In this document: positions 8,706 to 17,164 of the stretch, piece by piece
Layout: each line of letters starts with the position of its first letter
Position numbering within the stretch: position 1 is the stretch's first letter
Assembly: GCA_016188075.1 (NCBI GenBank)
Contig: JACPIO010000014.1
Location: forward strand, 1-60,790
From: Candidatus Wolfebacteria bacterium
GTDB lineage: Bacteria > Patescibacteriota > Minisyncoccia > UBA6257 > UBA9933
Direction: 5' to 3'
Length of the DNA: 60,790 bases
Notes under the pieces: model-generated
Database searches by the model: none
What the model was told of the DNA's origin: nothing
The model's input: the letters and a program-made list of their open reading frames with translations, nothing else
Position numbers and translations under genes: made by a program

Positions 8706-9131
8706 ATGACTAAGCCGATTAAGACAACTTTAAAATTACAGATTGAGGCTAGTAAGGCCAATCCGGCTCCTCCGGTGGGTCCGGCTTTGGGCCAACACGG
8801 AGTCAATATCCAGCAGTTTTGTCAGCAGTTTAATGAAGCCACGAAAAATATGACCGGCGATATTGTGCCGGCGGAAATTACCATTTATGAAGACCGGACT
8901 TTTGATTTTAAATTAAAAACGTCGCCAGCCTCGGCCCTGCTTAAAAGGGCGGCTGGTATTGAAAAAGGTTCTGGCGATCCCTTAAAGAAAAAAGTCGGCA
9001 AAATTTCGCGTGAAGATCTTCGTCAAATCGCCGAAAAGAAAATGGTTGATTTAAACGCCAATGATATTGAAGCGGCAATGAAAATCATCGAAGGTACGGC
9101 AAAAAATATGGGAATCGAGATAGAGAAATAG
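8706..9131 (+). CDS. rplK: 50S ribosomal protein L11
   Basis: [26 protein letters not shown] signature. Confidence 0.95.
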   Translation: MTKPIKTTLKLQIEASKANPAPPVGPALGQHGVNIQQFCQQFNEATKNMTGDIVPAEITIYEDRTFDFKLKTSPASALLKRAAGIEKGSGDPLKKKVGKISREDLRQIAEKKMVDLNANDIEAAMKIIEGTAKNMGIEIEK

Positions 9132-9142
9132 ATAGAGCGCTA

Positions 9143-9176
9143 AAATTATCGAGGTTGAACCTCGATAATTTTGTTT
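9143..9176 (+). terminator. Hairpin AAATTATCGAGGTTgAACCTCGATAATTT plus a T-rich tail
   Basis: Perfect 13-bp stem after rplK. The same hairpin recurs inside gatB (14775..14800). Confidence 0.6.
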
Positions 9177-9191
9177 TAATTTAATAATTTA

Positions 9192-10163
9192 ATGCCGAAA
9201 AACCTTTTTCTCCAGAACATCATCGCGCTTATTTGGGATTTCGACAAAACTTTGACTCCCGGCTATATGGAAGAGCCGCTCTTTCGGCATTTTAACGTTG
9301 AGCCGAAGAAATTTTGGGAAGAAGTCAACGGCCTGCCTGATTTTTACAAACAGAGCGGTTTGGAATTGGTCTCTAAAGACACGCTTTATCTGAACCACAT
9401 TTTAACTTACGTTCGGCAAAGTATTTTTAAGGGACTAAATAATAAATTATTGCGCGAACTTGGTTCGCAAATTGAATTTTATCCGGGCTTGCCGGATTTT
9501 TTCGCGCGCGTAAAAGAACGAGTAAAAAGTAATTCGGTCTACGCTGGTCATGAAATTGCGGTGGAAAACTATGTTGTAAGTACTGGTTTAAGACAAATGA
9601 TTTTGGGCAGTAAAATTGTTTCTTATGTGGATTACGTGTGGGGATGTGAATTTATTGAAAACATCGCTCCACCGGGATATCTAAATAAGGGAGGTGGGAA
9701 GTTAGAAGTGGGAAGTGAGAAGGGTGAAATAATTGATATTGGTTATGTTTTGGACAATACCACCAAGACCAGGGCAATTTTTGAAATTAATAAAGGCGCC
9801 AATAAACTCACGGATATTGATGTTAATGCCGCTATCAAACCCGAAGACCGAAGAATTCCTTTTCAGAATATGATTTATGTGGCTGATGGTCCGAGCGATA
9901 TTCCGGTTTTTTCGATTGTGAACCATAATAGCGGCAAAACTTTTGCTGTTTACAATCTTCAAAAGCCAGAGGAATTTCGGCAAGTGAACGAACTTCAAAA
10001 ACAAGGCCGGGTGCAGTCATTCGGCGAGGCGAATTATAAAGAAGGCTCGCAGACCTTTATGTGGTTGACGAACGCAATTGAGGAGGTCGCGAGCCGGATT
10101 GTCCGCGACCGCGACCGGGCTGTCGGCGACAAAGTCGGTTTGCCGCCCAAGCATTTGGGGTGA
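9192..10163 (+). CDS. HAD-superfamily hydrolase-like protein
   Basis: DFDKTLTP (motif I DxD) and YVADGPSDIP (motif IV). Confidence 0.55.
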   Translation: MPKNLFLQNIIALIWDFDKTLTPGYMEEPLFRHFNVEPKKFWEEVNGLPDFYKQSGLELVSKDTLYLNHILTYVRQSIFKGLNNKLLRELGSQIEFYPGLPDFFARVKERVKSNSVYAGHEIAVENYVVSTGLRQMILGSKIVSYVDYVWGCEFIENIAPPGYLNKGGGKLEVGSEKGEIIDIGYVLDNTTKTRAIFEINKGANKLTDIDVNAAIKPEDRRIPFQNMIYVADGPSDIPVFSIVNHNSGKTFAVYNLQKPEEFRQVNELQKQGRVQSFGEANYKEGSQTFMWLTNAIEEVASRIVRDRDRAVGDKVGLPPKHLG

Positions 10164-10169
10164 AATTTT

Positions 10170-10745
10170 ATGAAAATTATTTTAGGTTCGGCTTCGGAAA
10201 GGAGGCAGCGGATTTTGAAAGAGATGGGATATGAGTTTGAAGTGATGACCGCTGATATTGACGAGAAGGCGATTCGGCATAATGATCCGCGGGAGTTAGT
10301 TTTGATGTTGGCACGGGCCAAGGCCGAGGCACTACTTTCTAAAATTAAAGAGCCGGCTTTACTTATTACTTCTGACCAAGTTGTTTTCTCTAATGGAAAA
10401 ATTCTTGAGAAGCCGGAAAGCGCGGAAGAAGTGCGCAATAATTTAGAATCCTTTACGGATTATCCGCCGGAGACCATCACATCAGTTGTGGTTACTAATA
10501 CGGGAAATGGAAAGAGAGTTGAGGGGGTGAATGTCGCCAAGGTGATACTTAAGCCGATTCCGGAGAGAGTGATTTTAGAGTTAATTAAGCAAGACAAGGT
10601 TTTTGACCTGGCCGGCGGCTTTACCATTGAAGAGCCGCTTCTCAAAGATTATATTGAGAGAATTGAAGGTGAAAAAGAAAGTGTGATTGGTTTGCCAAGG
10701 GTGCTCACAGAAAAGTTAATAAGAGAAGTTCAGGTCTTGCCTTAG
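10170..10745 (+). CDS. maf: Maf-like nucleoside triphosphate pyrophosphatase
   Basis: ILGSASERRQRIL...ADIDE...TSDQVV pattern. Confidence 0.85.
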   Translation: MKIILGSASERRQRILKEMGYEFEVMTADIDEKAIRHNDPRELVLMLARAKAEALLSKIKEPALLITSDQVVFSNGKILEKPESAEEVRNNLESFTDYPPETITSVVVTNTGNGKRVEGVNVAKVILKPIPERVILELIKQDKVFDLAGGFTIEEPLLKDYIERIEGEKESVIGLPRVLTEKLIREVQVLP

Positions 10746-10748
10746 AAT

Positions 10749-10789
10749 AAAAACATTCCAACATTCTATAGAATGTTGGAATGTTTTTT
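10749..10789 (+). terminator. Rho-independent terminator (AAAAACATTCCAACATTC tata GAATGTTGGAATGTTTTT)
   Basis: Perfect hairpin flanked by A and T runs, so bidirectional. Near-identical stem at 59894..59927. Confidence 0.8.
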
Positions 10790-10829
10790 ATTGGAGGTTA
10801 ATAACCTGGATAACTAATAAACTAATTCG

Positions 10830-11384
10830 CTATACCTGCCTTTCTCTTTGTCGGGTGGTTTGTTTTGTGGTTACTCTCCCGTGTTGCCATTGGCCGCGAT
10901 ATAAGTTATTTCTGCCCTTCACGGTAAAAAACTGAATGTGGACTACGCGGCTGCCCATTTCAAGATAAAACGGCACTGGCCGCAAATTCACCATTCCGAA
11001 ATTTAATTGGCCTTTGTAGCCGGGTGCCACTTGCCCTAATAAGAGGTGTACGCCGGAGCGAAAAAGAGTGGTGCGCGGCCGCATCAAAGCTACTAAATTG
11101 TCAGTCAGATTCACTTTTTCGATCGTGCCCATCAGGTAGTAGGTGTTGGGTTTTAAGGTGATTTTTTTCTCGCCGTCTTTGGCAAAAGAGGCGATTAATT
11201 TTATTTTCGGTGTTTCGCGGTCAGTCACACCCAAAAACCCGGAGCCGGATAATTCATAAAGTTCGCCGATCCGCAAATCAAAGCCCGCGCCCTCGGGATT
11301 TTGCAGTTCGCGGTCCGATAGGCCTTCGACGAGTTTTTTTGATTTGACTAATTTGTGGAGTTCGGAGATTCCGAGGATTGCCAT
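10830..11384 (-). CDS. dCTP deaminase / dUTPase-superfamily protein (divergent)
   Basis: AGFDLRIG and RTTLFRSGVHLLLGQVAPGYKGQL resemble the Dcd trimeric fold motifs. Confidence 0.65.
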   Translation of the reverse strand: MAILGISELHKLVKSKKLVEGLSDRELQNPEGAGFDLRIGELYELSGSGFLGVTDRETPKIKLIASFAKDGEKKITLKPNTYYLMGTIEKVNLTDNLVALMRPRTTLFRSGVHLLLGQVAPGYKGQLNFGMVNLRPVPFYLEMGSRVVHIQFFTVKGRNNLYRGQWQHGRVTTKQTTRQRERQV

Positions 11385-11429
11385 AGTATTTAGTAGTTAG
11401 AATTTAGTATATAGAATTTAGCTAATTTA

Positions 11430-13148
11430 TTAAGCACAGACCCCAGTTGGGTCGTTGGGGTCGCAAACATTTTGTTTACTATCACGTGTGATAGTAGCGT
11501 CGGGTTCGCAAACTCCATTTGGCTCGCAAACGCCGGAGTCGCTTGGACTACAGACTCCGTCGCTTGCCGCGTTTTTATCGTAAAATCCGCTGCCAGAGAC
11601 ATCTTCTATTTTTCGCACATCACCCATCTTGGCACCGCTGCCGGATCTAACATTCCTCTTTCCGTTTGGCGACTTGCCGCAGATCACTTCTAAATTCGGC
11701 ATATTATCCTGCCGGAAATCAAACCCGTATTTTAAGGAGAGATCAGCCCAGCCCAATTGTTTGCCTAAATCAAAAGCATGGCCGATGGCGGAAATCCATT
11801 CATACATTACCATTTTTTCCATTGCTTCCACGGAATCGCGCGCGTCCATCTGCGCCACGAGCTCGCCGCGCGGGGACAAGAGCGATAATTCAATTAAGCC
11901 TTTTTCCTGATTAGTCGCGATAATCACATTGCCGCGCGGATCTGGAATACAGCGGAGTTTAGTCTCTTGTTTTACAATTTTGTTCGCGTCATTCCACTCC
12001 TTTTTATAAATGTGGGCGCTCGCGGAAACAACGGTTAACGGCCCCATTGGCACGCCCACTGCTTCGGAAATTTCTTTTTGGATTTTAAGTAAGCCGAAAC
12101 AATTGCGCGGCCAGGCTTGATACATATCGTTTGAGCGGATGTAGGAGAGAAGATGAAGAAGATCGTCTTGGATTAAAGCTTGAATCAAAATAATACAGGG
12201 CCGTTTTTTCATTCCTAAATCGCGGTCAGCGTCCCATGTCACAGCGCAGGCGCCGCGGTCGTCTTTCTCTTCCTTCAAGCGATTGATAATAAATTCAATT
12301 TGATTTTTGCCGCGCATTGAACGCATTCTATTTCCATAGCCGTAATGAGCGCCGGGGTGCAATTTATCGGTTGTGTATTGGGTGTAGTATTCGAAAAGTT
12401 CGTTTTTGTTTAAGCCGAGAAGCCAATCGGGGAGATAGGGATTATCTGGGTCTTCGTTTTCGATTACGGTTGAGACCCCTACTAATTCACGGATGTCGTC
12501 ATCATAGTGCGAAGTTTTTATGGCGCCGAAGCGCATTATGTTTTTTAAAACTTCGGGCCAGACGTCAGCCACGCGCTCGCCGCGGAGCTTGAAAACAGCC
12601 GGATCTGTAGGGAAGCGATCGGTTGAAGGAGGCGGCGGATCAGGGAAAATGGCGGCTTCGCGAAACGGGCCTTGGGGTTCGAATTTGTTAATGACAGAAC
12701 TCACTTTTCCCGCATCTTGCTCTTCGCGCATATCAATTACTTCAATGTTTTTTCTAAAATCCTCGATGGCTTTGCGGTCAATTTCTTTTTCAACATAGGC
12801 ATCGGATACTCCTAAAATTTTATTGTCATTATCCAAGCCGTTTTTTATGAGATTCACAATAGCTTGACCGGAACCGGATAAATCCGAACCGCAAACAATA
12901 AGATGGCGAATAAAGGGCCGGGCTAAGATATTTCTGATAATGAAGTTAATCCCTTTTTTGGAATAAAGCTGGCCCACGAGATTGTAGCGGGATTTGTCGA
13001 GGCCCTCCGCGATAAGTTCGCGGCGAGTCCACAAAGTCGCCACGCCCACGGAGGCGGTATCGTTTCCGACGTAAAGCTGGTTTTTAAAATAGAGAGGCCA
13101 AGACATACAATGTAAAACTCGAAATTCTAAATCCGAAATCCTAAACAA
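11430..13148 (-). CDS. Thymidylate-synthase-fold protein with an N-terminal extra domain and a Cys-rich C-terminal tail
   Basis: KRPCIILIQ...YIRSNDMYQAWPRNCF resembles the ThyA/dCMP-hydroxymethylase catalytic-Cys and SxD regions. The tail has repeated GVC(S/E)P units. Confidence 0.6.
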   Translation of the reverse strand: MFRISDLEFRVLHCMSWPLYFKNQLYVGNDTASVGVATLWTRRELIAEGLDKSRYNLVGQLYSKKGINFIIRNILARPFIRHLIVCGSDLSGSGQAIVNLIKNGLDNDNKILGVSDAYVEKEIDRKAIEDFRKNIEVIDMREEQDAGKVSSVINKFEPQGPFREAAIFPDPPPPSTDRFPTDPAVFKLRGERVADVWPEVLKNIMRFGAIKTSHYDDDIRELVGVSTVIENEDPDNPYLPDWLLGLNKNELFEYYTQYTTDKLHPGAHYGYGNRMRSMRGKNQIEFIINRLKEEKDDRGACAVTWDADRDLGMKKRPCIILIQALIQDDLLHLLSYIRSNDMYQAWPRNCFGLLKIQKEISEAVGVPMGPLTVVSASAHIYKKEWNDANKIVKQETKLRCIPDPRGNVIIATNQEKGLIELSLLSPRGELVAQMDARDSVEAMEKMVMYEWISAIGHAFDLGKQLGWADLSLKYGFDFRQDNMPNLEVICGKSPNGKRNVRSGSGAKMGDVRKIEDVSGSGFYDKNAASDGVCSPSDSGVCEPNGVCEPDATITRDSKQNVCDPNDPTGVCA

Positions 13149-13161
13149 ATTTCGGATTTTT

Positions 13162-13713
13162 TTACTTTGCCGCGGTTAAACTGCCGGGTTTATTCCATCT
13201 ATTGATTTTTTTCTGGCTGTATCCACGAGAGACCGGTTGAGTGAGAGTTTCAAAAACTAATTGGCAAACGCAGAGGCCCTTATGGAGAATGATTGGTAAT
13301 TTTCCGATATTGTTGATTTCCAGAGTAATGCGGCCGCAAAAGCCCGGGTCAATGTGGCCGGCAGTTTGAATTATTAATCCTAACCTTCCTAAACGACTTC
13401 GGCCGTCAATGCGGGCCGCGATATCATTAGGCAGGCAGACCTTCTCGATGGTTGCGCCCAGCACGAATTGATCTGGATGAAGAACAAATGGTGCGTTAGC
13501 TTTTAGTTTATAATCCTTGGTTATATTTGTGAATGTTTTTTTATCGGAAACGTCAATGAAAGCCGAACGGTTGTATTCGAAAATTTTAAAATCCCCAGAG
13601 AGTTGTAAATCCAGAGAACAAGTGCCGAGCTGTTTTTTTAAGTCCGGTTTCGGCGTAATTTTTATTTGGCCGGAGGTGATGGCTTTTTTGATGTCGAGAT
13701 CCGATAAGATCAT
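13162..13713 (-). CDS. dcd: dCTP deaminase
   Basis: MILSDLDIKKAI...SLDLQL...DGRSRLGRLGLIIQTAGHIDPGFCGRITLEI. Confidence 0.85.
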   Translation of the reverse strand: MILSDLDIKKAITSGQIKITPKPDLKKQLGTCSLDLQLSGDFKIFEYNRSAFIDVSDKKTFTNITKDYKLKANAPFVLHPDQFVLGATIEKVCLPNDIAARIDGRSRLGRLGLIIQTAGHIDPGFCGRITLEINNIGKLPIILHKGLCVCQLVFETLTQPVSRGYSQKKINRWNKPGSLTAAK

Positions 13714-13890
13714 GAATCATAAAACATGAAACTTGAAGCATAAAACGTTTTTTAACGGAGCTAATTTAACAATGCTCCATGCTTTATGCTATGTGCTTCA
13801 TGATATTAGGTTATCTAATTATAGATGGCGATCTTGGGGCGTCAAGGCTTGTCGGACGGTGGTTTTTGACGTAGAATGTGGATAAATGAT

Positions 13891-15378
13891 ATGAATTACG
13901 AACCTGTAATTGGTCTCGAAATCCATGCTGAACTCAAAACCCGAACCAAAATGTTTTGCGGGTGCTTGAATGACCCGGATGAGAAGCATCCGAATATTAA
14001 TGTTTGTCCGGTTTGTCTTGGCCATCCCGGGACTTTACCTGTGCCGAATAAATCCGCGATTGAATCGGTTTTAAAATTAGGTTTGACGTTGGATTCTAAA
14101 ATTCCCGAAGAATCCAAATTCGACCGAAAAAATTATTTTTACCCGGATTTACCGAAAGGATACCAGATAAGCCAATACGATCAACCGCTGGTTTTAGGTG
14201 GAGAATTAAACGCGGTAAGGATTACGCGGATTCATTTGGAGGAAGATACCGGACGATTAGTCCATGAAGCGTATAGCATGAAACATGAAGCAGAAAAAAA
14301 TGTTTCAGGCTTCGGGCTTCATGCTTCAAGTCTCGTCGATTTCAACCGTGCCGGAGTGCCGCTTATGGAATTAGTCACCGAGCCGGATATTAAAAGCGGG
14401 GATGAGACGGTTAGATTCGCGAAAGAATTGCAGCTCATATTGCGTTATTTAAAAATCTCCGACGCTGATATGGAAAAAGGACAGATGCGAGTCGAAGTGA
14501 ATATTAGTCTCGGGCAAATTATAGACGGCAAGCTACAGATGGGAACAAAAGTGGAGATTAAAAATTTGAACTCTTTTAAAGCCGTTGGGGATGCGATTGA
14601 TTACGAAATTAAAAGACAAGCCGAAGTTTTAGAAGCAGGCAAAGAAGTAGTTCAGGAGACGCGTGGCTGGAACGAAGGCCAAGGCAAGACTTTTTCTCAG
14701 CGTTTTAAGGAGGAATCGCATGACTATCGCTATTTCCCGGAGCCGGATATTCCCCCGATGGAATTATCGAGGGAATTATCGAGGTTCAACCTCGATAATT
14801 TGAAAATTGAGATTCCGGAGTTGCCGGCGCAGAAAAGAAAGCGATTCGCGGAAGAATATGGACTCAATGAGGAACAAACGGAAATTCTTGTATCAGACCG
14901 CAGACTCGCGGAATTTTTCGAAGAATCCGTTTCGGAACTGAAATCGCAATTACCAATTACTAATTACCAATTACTAATTAATTATTTAACAAGTGATTTG
15001 ACCGGTTTAATGAATCAAGAAGGGATTTCTATCTCCGAATTAAAAATCACGCCGGAGCACTTGGCGCATTTGGTCGCGATGATTGAAAAGAAAGAATTAA
15101 CCTCGCGGATGGCAAAAGATGTTTTAGCAGAAATGATTGCGACCGGTCTTGACCCGCACGAGATTATAAAAGAAAAGGGGATTGCGCAAGTTTCGGATGA
15201 AGATTCTATTAAAAAAGTAATTGAAGAAGTTATTGCAGAGAATCCCGTAGCTATAAAAGATTATAAAAAAGGCAAACAAAACGCTTTGCAGTTTTTGATC
15301 GGTAAAACAATGGCGAAATTAAAAGGCCAAGGCAATCCGGAGGTGATTGCTAAAATATTAAATAATAAATTGCGGTAG
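13891..15378 (+). CDS. gatB: Asp/Glu-tRNA(Asn/Gln) amidotransferase subunit B
   Basis: YEPVIGLEIHAEL, CPVCLGHPGTLP, RIHLEEDTG, VDFNRAGVPLMELVTEPD. The track ORF starts at 13876. Confidence 0.95.
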   Translation: MNYEPVIGLEIHAELKTRTKMFCGCLNDPDEKHPNINVCPVCLGHPGTLPVPNKSAIESVLKLGLTLDSKIPEESKFDRKNYFYPDLPKGYQISQYDQPLVLGGELNAVRITRIHLEEDTGRLVHEAYSMKHEAEKNVSGFGLHASSLVDFNRAGVPLMELVTEPDIKSGDETVRFAKELQLILRYLKISDADMEKGQMRVEVNISLGQIIDGKLQMGTKVEIKNLNSFKAVGDAIDYEIKRQAEVLEAGKEVVQETRGWNEGQGKTFSQRFKEESHDYRYFPEPDIPPMELSRELSRFNLDNLKIEIPELPAQKRKRFAEEYGLNEEQTEILVSDRRLAEFFEESVSELKSQLPITNYQLLINYLTSDLTGLMNQEGISISELKITPEHLAHLVAMIEKKELTSRMAKDVLAEMIATGLDPHEIIKEKGIAQVSDEDSIKKVIEEVIAENPVAIKDYKKGKQNALQFLIGKTMAKLKGQGNPEVIAKILNNKLR

Positions 15379-15393
15379 CTTTAAAGCTACCGG

Positions 15394-16323
15394 TCAGTTT
15401 TTGAGAAAATTTTTTGCCAGATTAAGCGCTTGATTGTCGTTTCTGATCCACTTAATTTCTTTGTCTTTTTTAAACCAAGTTATCTGCCGTTTGGCGTAAC
15501 GCCAGGTATTGCGTTTTATTAAAGTGATTGCCTCGTTGAGGGAAATTTTGTCTTCAAGATAGTTTATGATTTCGCGGTAGCCGATGGCGTCGAAGGCCGG
15601 CAGATCAGGCGAGTATTTTTTAATGAGATTTTTTACTTCGTCTACGAGTCCGTTTTTTACCATTTGATCAGCGCGTTTATCAATGCGATATTTCAAAATT
15701 TCTTTTTGGGAATTCAGGCCGATTTTTAGGGCGTTAAATAATTGGGGGCCGCGGCGGCGTTGTTTAGAAAAAGGAATTTCGCTTTGGAGAGTGATTTCCA
15801 ATGCCCGAATTACTCGCCGCGGATTATTTCGGTCAATGATATACGCGGCTTCGGGATCGAGCTTAATCAATTTTTCGTAAAGATATTTGAGGCCTTTCTT
15901 TCGGAGTTCTCGCTCTAGTTTTTGGCGGAGTTTTGGATTGGGTTTGACCTTGGGGATTTCTAAATTATCCACCACGGCTTTGATGTATAAGCCAGTGCCG
16001 CCGACAAGAATCGGGATTTTGCCATTTTTTAAAATTTTTCTGATGGCGGCAACGGCGTCTTTTTTGTATTGAGCCACGGTATATTCTTCATTGGGGTTTT
16101 TAATATCAATTAAATAATGCTTAACTTTTTTCATTTCTGCCTTCGTCGGTTTGGCAGTGCCAATGTTGAAGCCGCGGTAAATTTGCCGCGAGTCAGCGGA
16201 AATAATTTCGCCATTAAATTTTCGAGCTACTTTAATTGATAGGGCGGTTTTGCCGGAAGCAGTAGGCCCGACAATAACGATGATTTTTGGTAGGGCGCGA
16301 AGCGTTGATAACTTTTTTGACAT
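15394..16323 (-). CDS. miaA: tRNA dimethylallyltransferase
   Basis: GPTASGKT P-loop, SADSRQIYRG, VGGTGLY. Confidence 0.95.
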   Translation of the reverse strand: MSKKLSTLRALPKIIVIVGPTASGKTALSIKVARKFNGEIISADSRQIYRGFNIGTAKPTKAEMKKVKHYLIDIKNPNEEYTVAQYKKDAVAAIRKILKNGKIPILVGGTGLYIKAVVDNLEIPKVKPNPKLRQKLERELRKKGLKYLYEKLIKLDPEAAYIIDRNNPRRVIRALEITLQSEIPFSKQRRRGPQLFNALKIGLNSQKEILKYRIDKRADQMVKNGLVDEVKNLIKKYSPDLPAFDAIGYREIINYLEDKISLNEAITLIKRNTWRYAKRQITWFKKDKEIKWIRNDNQALNLAKNFLKN

Positions 16324-16856
16324 AGGTTGCGTTTCTATTCTATACTAAAAGTATTCGAGATTGTACTTTGTTGTTTTGATAAAAAAAGGGTGGCGGAGCG
16401 CGTCGCGTTCCGCTTGTGACTGAACATGACTTGCTCTCGGGAGGAGGTGATCTTTATGAGAGGGTTCTACGCGGCGACGACGGGCACGGGGTCCGCGGCG
16501 TGATACGGTAACCTTCAAGGCCCAGAGCCGAGAAAGGAGGTGCCGCTATGGGAGTCGGATTCCGACTCCTCCTGCGGGATTGCGATCTGGAGCGATGAAG
16601 ACGGGGGATGTGGTTTCTATCTCGGCCTAAAGCTGGGAAGTGCTCCGTTTGGGCGCCTGATGAAACCCGGCCTTGCCGCGGTCCAGGTCCCTGTAGGAGC
16701 CGGAGGGAGCCGACTTTCCCTACCACCAAGACGAGGTAACCCCGGTCGGATACGCCTTCGTGGCGGGAAGTCCGGTCGGGACTGGACAGGGTTGGCGTTC
16801 CGGACCCTTCCGCGGGGCGGCAGGCTTCCCCAGCCGCCCAAAAAGGAGGATGTCCA

Positions 16857-16988
16857 ATGAGCACGCGCGGTTCTCCGATGTTCAGCGACGACGCTCAATC
16901 CGGGATCGCGACGTTCATGGCGTTCACCGACACGCGTCCCCCCGACATCCTGGGGACGGCGGCTTCGACGGTCACCCGGAAGACCTGA
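16857..16988 (+). CDS. Possible 43-aa peptide inside island A
   Basis: AAGGAGG sits 7 nt before the ATG, and third codon positions are almost all G/C (MSTRGSPMFSDDAQSGIATFMAFTDTRPPDILGTAASTVTRKT). Confidence 0.25.
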   Translation: MSTRGSPMFSDDAQSGIATFMAFTDTRPPDILGTAASTVTRKT

Positions 16989-17087
16989 GCCATCGAACGG
17001 GGGCATAGCTCACCCCCAACCATGGGAACGGTGCGGCGGAGCACTTCAAGGCCAGCGGGCCAAAGGGTGCTTCGCCGCACCCACACC

Positions 17088-17164
17088 TGAGGGCGGGGAT
17101 TTGAACCCCGTTCGTACAGCGGGGATTCAATTCCCCGGCAGTGGGTCCAGCCCCGCCCTCACCA
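17088..17164. ncRNA. tRNA-shaped element at the edge of island A
   Basis: A 7-bp closing stem (TGAGGGC/GCCCTCA) encloses three hairpins. The minus strand reads a canonical T-arm CGGGGTTCAAATCCCCG; the plus strand ends in ACCA. The anticodon-like loop is 6 or 8 nt, so this is not a standard tRNA. Confidence 0.35.

Noticed and set aside
16690-16790. Identifying island A (and island E) as RNase P RNA or tmRNA.
   Set aside because: CR-I-like strings are present: GGGAAAGTCGGCTCC on the minus strand, GGGAAGTCCGG on the plus strand, and AAGGGTCGGCTCC in island E. But I found no complementary P4 3' strand (ACAGAA..GGCUUA-like), no tmRNA tag ORF followed by a stop in a plausible frame, and no distal acceptor pairing. 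Only a covariance-model scan can settle this.
16454-17086. Overlapping ORFs on both strands in island A (16454..16864-, 16540..16860+, 16617..17006-, 16760..17008+, 16895..17086-).
   Set aside because: Every frame is open because the region is GC-rich. The translations are R/P/G/S-rich with no hydrophobic core pattern and overlap one another completely. They are a composition artefact.
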